64,000 bases of DNA from NCBI GenBank assembly GCA_010909165.1, contig VJWM01000178.1:410656-474655 (forward strand). The letters are read 5' to 3'. The notes under the pieces were generated by a model, which was not told the DNA's origin, searched no databases, and saw only the letters and a list, made by a program, of their open reading frames with translations. Origin of the DNA: Anthoceros angustus. Lineage: Eukaryota > Plantae > Anthocerotophyta. Position numbers and translations under genes: made by a program. Positions within the stretch are counted from its first letter, which is position 1. Each line of letters begins with the position of its first letter. Below are positions 46,642 through 58,030 of this stretch, in pieces.

Positions 46642-49600
46642 ATCTTTGGGCGTGCGTGATGGATGTCAATGCTCCTAATGCATCCTAATCTAGGCGCCCT
46701 GGAGTCACGATGCCAAGACGAGGAAATTCACCTCCTTTTCCGAGATCCTTCAGCAAACCAGTGAAGCGTCCTACCTTTGTGTGTTCGGAGCATCAAGTGG
46801 TTTGCCTCGATTGCAGATCTTCGGAGAGAAGGGAGGCAGCGCCAACTGGAAGGAATCGCGATTGCCGCCAGCATTTTTCTGTGGTCACACCTGCACTCAC
46901 TCGTGTGACGCAGAGCGCACATTTTCCTCGGACATCCACATCTCCAAGACGCACTTTTGAGGGCGAGACAGTTGACCAGGACGAACTTTCAGCCTTACGG
47001 GAGCACAACACATCACAGTGGATTCTCATCGAAAAGCTCACAGACGGCATTCACAATCTCAATCAGTTGTGTGGAGAGCTTTCGAAGTTGGAGCCTACAC
47101 CTATGCCTGCCAACTCTTCTCGGAGACGTCCACAAGTGCAACGCACCATGCTGTGAGCATATCTTCTGTTTATGTCGGAAAGCTCAAACTCAGATGATGA
47201 ATTTGTTGACGACATTTCATCCCTCTTTGCTGATCCTTCCACATATTCTCCCCAGAGAACTTACGACAGATAGATAGACAGCGTCAACTTCAGTTGGTCT
47301 TGAATAGTCTTCTAAGGCCTGTTGCTCCTGTCAACATGGCCACAAATCCTGCTCCTTTGAAGATAGAATTCAAGGACAAGGATAGGTTCAATGGCACAGA
47401 TTATAATATCTGGGTCATGAGGCTAACTCAAATATTTGAGGAGCATGAGCTGATGTCAGTCGTGGACGGCACAGACCCCAAGGTCACAATACCTGCTAGA
47501 AGTGCAGACGAGATCCTAGCTTGGGAGCGGAAGGATCGTCGTGCTCGCTCTATTCTCATTGCTGCCTTAGATAAAACCATGATGCCTCATACAATAGGAG
47601 CCAAGACTTCCACAGCAGTTTGGGAAGTCTTCCAGTCTATCTATCGGGACAAGAGTTCAGCCTCCCTTGTGCATGCGCACAGAGACTTTTTCAACCTAAG
47701 GATGCGAGACAATGAGCCTGTTGAGGCCTACATCAACAAGTTTCGCACATCACGGGCTAATCTTGCCTTTTGTGGCACTGTGCTGTCAGAAGTTCAAGCA
47801 GCCATTAGCCTCCTGGCTTCACTCCCAGAAAGTTATCAGTATTTTGTGGCCATCCAGAATGCCACAATCAACTCTGCGGTGCAAGTGACAGCTTCTGGTC
47901 AAACACCCAAGGTAACGCTTGAGGATGTTATTGGAGCCCTTATTTCGAGGAGCGACTGAGCTTCGAAGCAAAAGGGTTCTACTTCGAATACCGTACTATT
48001 CACCTCAAGAGGACGGAGGCTTTCGTGGTAGGCGGAGGACGTGGCTCACACACCACCACGCACGATTGGCAACAACAACAACAAGACGTTTGTTTGCAAT
48101 TGGTGCAAAATTCGGCACTATGAGCAGGACGTATAGAAGAAGGGAGGAGAACCTCGGCGTGATCATCCTCCGAAAGCAACGTCACCATCGAGGCTAAGCA
48201 GCCCACTATCCTAGCGATGCACTGTCATCTACACAAGTGCACCACGATACTTGGTTTTAGATTCGAGCAACTAGTCACATTTGCTTTCATAGGCGTGCTG
48301 TCTTTTACTCCATTATTCCAAGCGGTTGTGTTGCTAGGGGATGATAGTGGGCTTTCGATCAAGGGTTCGGGATCAGTTGTCATCACTTTACCTGATTCTT
48401 CCAACCTCACTCTTACAGACGTGCTTTATGTCCCATCTATGACTAAGAATCTCATGTCTGTCTTGAAACTCTCACAGGAACATAGTTGCAAAGTGTGTTT
48501 CGATCATCAAGGGTGCTCCATCACCAGTACCAGGTCAGGTCTAGATCTCTTTTCAAGGTCTCCTTTCCATGATCTGTACCTTTTGAATGTCAAGAGCTTT
48601 TGGTTTACATACCGACATGCCACGTAAATTCTCGCTACATGCCTATGGCACGCTGCTAGGGCATGTCAACTCCCTGGGTACTCTAGTGAAAGGTGAGAGT
48701 TACCGAGAGCCTTTGGATTTTCCTTTTGACAAACATGCCTTTTGTGAGGCTTGTCAACTCAGTAAAGCCCACTCACTCCCTTTCTCGGATAAGGCTCCTA
48801 GCCGTGCTGATGGGTTGCTCCACACAGTTCATAGTGACATCTGCGGCCCTATGTCCACTAGCTCGTTTGGAGGGGCAGATTATTTTCTCACATTCATCGA
48901 CGAGTGGAGTCGGTATTGTGTGGTGTATCTGCTTCGGCACAAGAGTGAAGCACTTGACTATTTTCAGTCCTACGTTCAGTTTGCACAAAGACAGACTTCA
49001 AGCAAGGTGCGCATCCTACGAACAGATAACGGGGGTGAGTACACGAGCCATGCATTTGCTGCTTTCTGCGAGAAGGAAGGTATTCTTCATCACCAGCCCA
49101 TATACTAGAGCGTAATGCTTTTCGAGCGCAAAAGAACTTTGCAAGAAGCCACTTTGGCTTCTCTCATCTTTGGACTCACCGTGGGTATTCAAGCTTTGGT
49201 GGCGACCAACTATGTTCGAATCGCCCACCAAGGAACTTGGTTCCATTACTCCCTATGAGCGATGGACTGTAGAAGCCTCGAGTTGACATCTGCGCATCTT
49301 TGGGTCACCAGCTTATGCCCTTGTTCCACCAGCCTTGCGCTCCAAGCTTGATCCCAAGGCATCCCGTCATGTTTTCGTCGGCTATTCTGAAGAGGTGAAG
49401 GGCTACAAACTTTTCAACCCTTTCACTCGGCACCTCACTTTGTCACGGAGTGTGATTTTTCATGAGGCTGCCTTACTTCGCCGACATGCTGCTTTGCACC
49501 CGGATGCCACTCCTCTGCCTGCTTCCATCATTGATATTGAGGATTCTCCTACTGATGAAACTAACGAGCCGAGTTTCTTTGATGATGAGGATGACTCTTC

Positions 49601-50458
49601 TTCGGATCAAGGGGGGACAGCTCTAGCAGCACAGGCTCCTCCAGCTTCTGATGACAACAATGACCCTGAGGATATCACACCTCCACCCTCTCCAAGCCAT
49701 AATGATGAAAATCCACGTACACCTGTTAATGGTGATGCTGATCTGGTTGAGCCTGTAGATGCCCAGGTCGAGGAGTCTGATCCTGAAGAAGAGACCCCTC
49801 CTCTTCGTCGTTCTGCCCGCATACGTCGCCCCATGCATGAGTGGCAAGATCCTCAATACCGGTGGGCAAGCATGGTAACCTCTGACTTGTCTACTGCAGT
49901 TGTACTTAGTGTGTCTTCCTCTTTAGGTGAACCACTACTTACAAAGAAGCCTTAGAAGGCCCTGAGGCCTCTTTTTGGCAAGCTGCTATGGACTCAGAAT
50001 ACAATTCTCTCATTCAGAACAAAACTTGGAAGCTTGTAGATCTCCCTCCAGGTAGAAAACCAGTTGCATGCAAGTGGGTCTTTAAGAAAAAATTGAATAC
50101 TGATGGAACTGTTGGTAGAAACAAGGCCCGCCTTGTTGCCAAGGGCTACAGCCAGATTCCTGGACTCGACTTCAACGAAACCTTTGCCCCACGTCAAGTC
50201 CACCTCTGTAAGGATCCTGTTAGCCCTAGCTGTCCATTATAACCTTCTTGTACACCAACTGGATGTCAAAACAGCCTTTCTGAATGGCCTTCTGGAGGAA
50301 GATATCTACATGAGCCAGCCGGAGGGTTTTGTCATTGACAAGGACAAAGTGTGCAAGCTGCTCAAGACACTTTATGGTCTCAAACAGGCATCTCGTGCAT
50401 GGTATGAGGTATTCCATAAGCTTTTGATGGAACTAGGCTTCAACGGCATTTCCAGGAT

Positions 50459-53005
50459 ACGTATTTGATACCGGAAGCCCACAAGGGAGGGATCATTCCG
50501 GCAGTTCAGTTCTCCAAGAATCAGATCCCGGAGGAGGTTATGAGCATGTTCCTACGACCAAAGGAGGAAGTATGGTCGCAAGGCAATGGCTGGAGGATCT
50601 CTTTGTTCAAGGATTCTCGCCCATGGCTATGGACAATCTTGCGATTGCACACAGAGACCGCTTGAGATATGCTCACACGCTGGGGCTCATGGAAGCCCAA
50701 GGCCGTGGAAATTCGCAGTGAGATTATGTGTACCTACAACACGACTGCCAAGCACATTAGATGTCAAGACCGGTTGATTCTCGGTGGTAAATGTGGGTGA
50801 GCAAGGAGTAGTGGAACTCAAGGACGGATGGCGAAGATGCAAGGAGCATATGAAACATTTAGCTCCATGTCACTTGCCAAATCTTGATGCAAGAATTGTT
50901 CCTCAAACGTGGTACCACGGATTTGCCTGTGAGGCATGCGGGCACACGGATGAAGAGCTTATGCTCTTATGTGACAGTAACAGAGGCTATCATATTTTCT
51001 CGCACACTTAAAGGATATTCCAGAAGGGAATTGCATGTGAACACCGTGATTCAACAAGTTTGCATGCGCCCATGGCTCTATCTACCGAGAGTAATGAAGA
51101 AGAAGTACGCTGCACCGAACAGAGTTGAGAGTAACACTCAAGACAACTCGTGTTGGAATGGGTACAAGAGGACGAGAGCAAATGACAGCGGTTGCAAAAG
51201 AGGAAAGTTCGCATGAGCGATCTTGCCAATCGAATTCCTTGTTGCCAAGGCCAAGCGCCAACAAGGCACATGAGGGTGCCGCTATTCTTGAAGAGTGCCT
51301 TCAGAATCACTCACCGCTTGCGCAGCTTGCTCCTCCGAGGAATTTAGTGACACCAAGGCCAGAAGTGGAATTTATTCGCCAAGATATGGCCGACTAACGG
51401 CAAGGAAGACGACTGGAAATTCCCATTTAATGATGATGTATGAGATGTCTCGTGGAAGTTGGTGGATTGGGCCACCATTCTCAGATGAACAAAGTGCGCA
51501 CCGAAACCACTTGGTGATGGAGGGAGCAAGAATCGCTTTGTCTCTACCTTCCTCGTACACCTATATCGGAGGAGGAGGTTCTTACACCGACGATTGGAAG
51601 AAGCCAAGATAGAAGCTACTCCGGTGAGGTAGCGGAAGGAGAGCCACCGCCCCGAGGATGAAGAGACGGATGAGGCCCCGGGCAAGAGACCGCCACGCCT
51701 GAACCAACATGAGGCCTCGTGGATCGTGAACCAACAAGAGAAAGGGAAGAAGGCTATAGAAGCACCTCCTACGGAGGAAGGAGGAAAGGATACGAGACCA
51801 CCTACCGAGGGTTGAGGATTGAATACAACACCGTGGTAGGAGTGAACCCCACCAGAGGGACCTGTGGAGGACGGAGGACCTACAGGAGCTTTACCTCCCA
51901 CCAAGAAGTAGTAACAAGACTTGAGGCGGTGTGACGAGAAGAACGAGGAACGCTTGGTGACCCACGCACCAAGGAGGAGCAGAGGGAAGTGTTCGAGAAT
52001 GCCGGCATCCCATGAGGTAGTTGCCGAGTGAAGGAAGTGGGCGCAGGATCTATGGACGCCCTAGTGGACCGTGTCGGAGGTGACCAAGTTCGTCCGAACT
52101 TCGAGACCTACGAAGGAGCCGGAGGATGCCGAGAAGAAATTGAGAGGAGCTCGAAACCACCTCCGAGAAGCAACACTGCGCTAGATCCGCCAAAGAGCGA
52201 CAGGATGACCACCAAGTTGGTGAATGTGGGAAATGATTGACCAGGTCTTAGGACAGGAGGCAAAATCAGCCAAGAGGGCTGAGGAGTTGGAAGCTGCCAG
52301 GAAGGAGGCAGAAGGAAAGTTGGAAGCTACCCTAGCAAGGGTAGGACACATCGAACGCAGCAAGGAGGAGGCAGCATCTACAGCTAGCAAGGCCCGGCGG
52401 GACCTTGAAGACGAGAAGGACCTCCTACGAAAGAAGTTAGTTGCCATGGAGCAACGGAAGGAGCATTACAAGGGAAAATACGACAGCTTGGTGAAGGAAC
52501 GACAAGGATGGGACAATGTGACTAAGGGTCACAAAGAGGAGCTCAGACACGAGAGAACTTTTGGAGCGAAGAAGAAGGACGACCTACCCACGCCTTATGA
52601 AACGGAGGCAAGGAACCGCCGGAAGGAGGTTTTGATGGATCTTTGGAGGGTCTTCAAAGTCATTCGAGGGAGGCGAGCGATCACGCTATAGTGAAACGAG
52701 CGATGGAAGCCATGGAGAAAGATAAGGAGATTGGGAGGCTTGCCCCGGAGTTGGAGAGAGCGGTAGTGGAGAAAGAGGCCGCATTGGTAGGAGTGATCTC
52801 AAGCCGTGGGACGAAGCGTCATCCCACTAAGGGTCCGCATCATGGACGACAAAAGAAGGAGAGTGGTAGGGTGGCGACCTACACAACAACCTCCCGAAGC
52901 GATTGAGGAACGCCAGTGAGGAAGACGGCAGACCTCAGCTCGACGCCAAGTGGAATAGTGCACCACGGAGGTCAAACTTTGAGTTGGTACAAGGGAAGCC
53001 AGGAT
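50459..53005 (+). mobile_element. 2.5-kb insert inside the Copia RT, containing the PHD-Gypsy 3' region and a coiled-coil ORF relic
   Basis: CCAGGAT is present at both junctions (50452-50458 and 52999-53005). Segment ~50610-51362 aligns to ~60465-61216. Confidence 0.85.
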
Positions 53006-54525
53006 GCGGACACAAGTGTTTATATCCTGTGGGATGGGGCGGATTTCTTGATCCTCACTGTCTATGTTGACGACAACTTTCTATTCAGCAACTCTGCTGC
53101 CCTTATGGCCGTATCAAGCTGATTCTTCTTTCTAAGTTCGATATGACTGACCTAGGAGAACTCACCTTTTCCCTGGGTGTTCAGTTTCATTTCAACAGGA
53201 CTGATGGCACCATTGATATACATCAAGAGCACTTTGTGCATCAGCTTCTGCAGCGCTTCAACATGGAAGATGCGAAGCCTGTAGCTACACCCATGTCTTT
53301 AGGTGAGAAGCTCTCCTTAGAACAGTGCCCTGCTACTAAGGAGGACAAACGAGCCATGGCCAATATTCCTTACAGACAGGCTGTCGGCTCCCTCATTTAT
53401 CTCTCCAGCTGGACCCGTATGGACATTACCCGGGCAGTGGGAGCTGTAAGCCAGTTCTTGGAGAATCCTGGCCCATCTCATTGGACTGTTGTTAAACGGA
53501 TTTTTAGATATTTAAAAGGGACACCTAGGACGGGGCTGAGGTTTTCTAGGTGTAAGGCAGGTCTGGATCTCACAGCTTATTGCGATGCCGATTGGGCGGG
53601 GGATCCCGACACCAGGAAATCTACGCTCGCACCTTTCTGGTACCTCAGCTTCATGGAATGTCAGCAAGTCGGAGAGGAGGAGTCTTGTGTCCACTGATGA
53701 CAACATTGCTGACCTTCTCACGAAGGCTCTTCCTAAACCTGTTCATGAGAAGCACACTGCCTCTGCTGGAATTAGTGAAATTCCAGCTGTAGCTGTTAAG
53801 GGTACTGCCCATTAGAGTTTGCTGCTTCTAATTCTCCAGTGGGAGTTTGCCTTGTTTTGTGAGTGTTTTCTTCAGGTCTTCCCTTGCCTTGTCGATTTTT
53901 GCGATTCTTCACCGTATGCACACCTGAATGTCAGCATCACAACTCTGTCAAGTTTCATGCATGCTAGCACCTGTATCCCACTTCCTGTCACGTGTGGTGC
54001 AGGTTTCTCCTTTCCTTTCTTAGGAGTCTTAGTGTCTTCCACATCTTCAGTCCCCGTTGCTGTCTCCTTCACACTCTTGGAACCCGTAGAAGGTGTGGGA
54101 TGCAAAGCCACACCTGTCACTCCCTTCCTGCTCTTGCTTTTAGTGTCCTTGCAGCTCATCTTGTGGAACTCTGCCGAGGGAGCTGCAAACACCTTCCGAG
54201 GAGAGCCCTTGTTGTCGAAGTTCTAGAGCCGGCGAACTGTCTTGGGCTTGGAACTGTCCTTCGGAAGTGGAGCCGAGCTAGGAGAGTAAAAGAACACGAT
54301 GTTCGAAGTTGGACAGTGCAACGCGTGAAGGCATGATTGGCGCTCCGAAAATTTCAGCACTGGAATCCAAATCCTGAGGAGCTGAGGACTGAAGTGAGCT
54401 AGAACGTGATCTCGTTTTGCATGTGTTTCGAGGCAATTATTCTCAACCTGCTACGGGCTTATGCGAAGGAAGGACATTTAGCTTCTGCCACGCTGAAAAT
54501 CGCAACTAAGTGGAGTATTGGGAAT

Positions 54526-54767
54526 ATAGCCTTCGATTTACTCGAGGCTCGCCACATGAACGGGCTATTAGGTAGTTTAGTATTTCCAGCCAGACGCGCT
54601 TATTAAACCGCTCTCTCTACAAGCATGTATAAGTATCCTTCTGCTTCATCAATACACTACTCGCTCTTTTCGTGGTACACACGTGAGCTCGTGTCCTTCC
54701 GTCTCTCTCTCGCGCGTTTGGCTCTGGCCACCGCCCATGATCCAACAAGCAATCCTAATTGCTTTTA
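54526..54767 (+). repeat. Copia 3' LTR (conserved core)
   Basis: Matches 46384-46628. Confidence 0.9.
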
Positions 54768-57164
54768 GGCTCCACCAGATAAGCTGAATGACTTCTGATG
54801 GATAGGAATTCTACCATCGATTTCACGCAGCTTCGTTGTAGTCCGAATCTGACCATTACTGAATTGGCTAGGCTCACTAGGCAGTCCGCATATGTGGGAG
54901 CGCTCGATAGAAACCAGACACTGCTGTTTTCTTAGCTAGTTGGGGTTGGGAGGATTGCCGTTGACAACATTCCTCGATTGTCAAGCATAGGCGGTTCGGT
55001 ATTTTGAGGTCAGTGGAGAGGGACACACTCCGTCATCGCTAGAAAGGGACAAGATCACGGATCACCTTTCAAAAGGGCGCTGACCAAGACAGACAACACG
55101 CCCATCACGAGATCTCAGTTTGGAGACTGGAGCAAAGAGCCGATTCAAATGGAGCTGGAGAGTACGCCCAGCAAGAATGATGTTTTCACCGGAAAACATG
55201 GGAGTATGTCATTGGCGGATTTTGAAGAGAAGTTCCGCTGGGGAATGGCAGAAAACAAGATGAAGTACAAGGATCGTTCACCCAGAATGGCACTCATGAA
55301 GATGTCGAATATCTCGCGGTGAGGCGTTGATGTACTGAGACGAAGAAGGACATCTTGGCATCGGCGGAGAAGTGAGGCTTGCGGAGGAGTTGCGGCAAGC
55401 CACTCACTCCGTCAAGGAAGACGAGCTAGAGCATTTGGTTGATCTCATGTTTGAAAGATTGAAGGACATGTTTCCAACATCGTCCTTGGAGAAGATTCAG
55501 AGTGACGTTTTAGCTTCAAGTCCAATGAGGGCTCATACATCGGTCAAGATCTTGGTGGAGGACACGGATGTGAAGACCATGCGGAGGCTGCTGAAATTTT
55601 CATGGCTGCGATGCCACAGACGAAGGAAGGTAATGGATGCTCTTCATGGTGCTCATGGAGAAAAGTATGGGACGCCTACAAGATTGCGGAGAAGGTGCTA
55701 AAAGGGGATGCTGTCAGTCAAGCATACCTGGAGGATCACAATTTGATCAGAAGCAGCACTTCTTACGGCTCTGGACAAGGAGGATCCAGATTCCAGCATA
55801 AGGGCCGGTGTGAAGCGATTTGGGTCAAATCAAACCCAGTCACGAAGGAGAGACCCGGCCGTCAGGGCCATCAAATGTGGCAGGTGCCGTGGTGCACATA
55901 AGTCATTTGAATGTGACTTCAGACCTAGAGGCCCGAAGGGCAAGGAGGTTTGCAAGGCTTGTGGTCGATGGGGCCACATAGAAGCCGCATGTTGGGAGGC
56001 TCATCCAGAGCTCAAGCCCAAGGTAATGGGCGTGAAAAGGAGAAGGGCAAAGGCCCTAGTCGCAAGGCTCTTCTTGCGCAAGTTGAAGAGATGCGAGATG
56101 GCTAACATGGCGGCGGTAGTCACGCATTCTTTCTCGACTCGGATGAAGAAGTGTATGGCATGGCGATTCGCAAGAAAAGAAGAAGACCGCACTTGACCTC
56201 GGAGAAGGGTTCGCCAAGGACACGTCGAACGAGCAAAGCAAAATGCCCGAAAGTTTTAGGCAAGTGATGATGGTACTTGCGGTGGCTTCTAACCGAGGTG
56301 GATGTAGAAGCACGTTGGAGAAGGCCATGGAGGTTCCTGGTCAATTTCGGAACTTGGACTCAAGAGTTCACATTTCAAGAAGATCATGAGGGAATGGATC
56401 AGAAAGAGATAGAACCGAGAAGTCCTTCGCTTGATGTGCTGCGAGGAGACCATCTAAAGCCGAACGTCGGTAAAGGAGGTGTTGCCATGATTGACAACCG
56501 GAAATTACCTTTGACGGTTTGCACGATCAATGTCTTTGGTGGACACCGGAGCGATCCAAGATTGTTGGGAGCTCGTGTGCGCTCAGCTATGGCGCAAGCT
56601 GGTACCAAGCGATGTAAGCATCACTACTTCGAACGAAGGAAATGGTGATGGGATGACCAGAAACCGATCAAGATCGAGTTGAAGCCGAGCCAGAGGATGC
56701 AACCACAATGGAGGAGGTTGGTGACTGTGCCACGTCCTACGATGTGTTGTTAGGGGCGGATGCTACACATGGCCCGCCATGGGAGTTGATCCATATGAAG
56801 AAGCCTTCTATCGACCGTGGAAGCAAGGGATTTCGCGGTGCAACTATTCCCGAACATGAGCAAAAGTGGCGGAAGGAGCGAAGGCGTGAGCCCAAGCGCG
56901 CGAGATGGTCGAAGGCGGATGGCTTCCTGCTCAAATTGAGCAGGCGGAGGGGAGGAGGAGGAATTGTCCTCTCGGGAAGCACCAAAACCCGGCGGAAGGA
57001 GTGCTGATCGCGCTCGAGCACCTTGAGGAGGCAAGGGTTCGAGAAAATCACGAAAGGAGAATCGCCTGGAATCTCCGACACATGTCCGAGAGATCCATAC
57101 CAAACATGAAGCCCAGACGGAGGGAAGGCGAATCAATGATTCGTATGCGATGGAGCAAGTTCAA

Positions 57165-58030
57165 GGAATTCACTTGTTGGAATTGTGCTCGTGAATCGGA
57201 TTGAGGCGGTGCTTCAATGTGGCATCAAGGTTTGCGCTACACATGTGGAAAAGGACGAGAAGGCTAGAGTCGTGGCGGTAATTCTCGGGTTGTGCAATTA
57301 TTTCCATCTCTGTAAGAGAAGACGCAGTGAGAGGTTGTCGAGCAGCTGCCCACGGATCAAGCTTGTGGGAAGGAAGCAACAAGCTCCTCGTCGATGGATA
57401 TGATCATCGCAGATGGGAGTGTAAGACCTTCTCGCGAAAGAGGAAAGGCGAAGGTGTTTCCCTTCGCGGTCGCGTGGTTGTCGAGGAGGTTCAACTTGTG
57501 AATCCCGGATCTTTGGTACATCGAAAACGTGTGTGGAGCGTTGGACAAACGTCGTAACGATGTATGAGGAGGTCCGATCATGGTTCGGCAATGAGCTGGT
57601 CATTGATGCTGTGTGGCTCTTACGCGCACAGGATTCGCAGTTATTGGACCAATGTTGCAGGACTTGAGACACTGAGGCAACACAGAACACTCATGGTTCC
57701 ATCACGGAAGACCGTTAGTGAAATCCTGGAACCAGAAAGGTACTCGCAGCAAGTCAAGAAGATGGACAAACTTCCGTTTTATCCAGTGAACAGAGTTGGT
57801 GAAGCCAGGAGGGCATGGCCGACTTTGGTAAGTACGCCACAATCCTACGCATTCAGGCGAGGAGGAGATGGCATGATCCTAGACTCAAGGGAGGAGCTAG
57901 GAGAGCTCAATGTTGAGGAACGGACAAGCCATGGGTTTGCCAAGAAGGGTACACGAGACCATGGGTGTGAGTGAGGCGTCAAACACAAGTTCGGGACAGC
58001 ATTCGATCTATGACTTAAGGTGGTTAGTGA
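57165..58030 (+). pseudogene. C5 DNA cytosine methyltransferase domain within Gypsy pol (frameshifted)
   Basis: Motifs are in canonical order: I HLLELCS*IG then EAVLQCGIKV..HVEKDEKAR; IV DMIIA(G)WECKTFS; VI YIENV; VIII IDA..GSYAHRIRSYWTN; IX EER..AMG; X G(Q/T)AFDL. Confidence 0.85.

Larger units (their letters stand above)
46384..54767 (+). mobile_element. Ty1/Copia LTR retrotransposon (gag-PR-INT-RT-RH), RT interrupted, many indels
   Basis: Paired LTR cores and a tRNA-iMet PBS. gag FNGTDYNIW (47294-47959) with a zinc knuckle; integrase HSDICGP..FIDEWSR..LRTDNGGEY; RT KARLVAKGYSQ, QLDVKTAFL, LYGLKQA / LTVYVDD; RH DADWAG..ADLLTKAL with an internal deletion. Confidence 0.95.
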
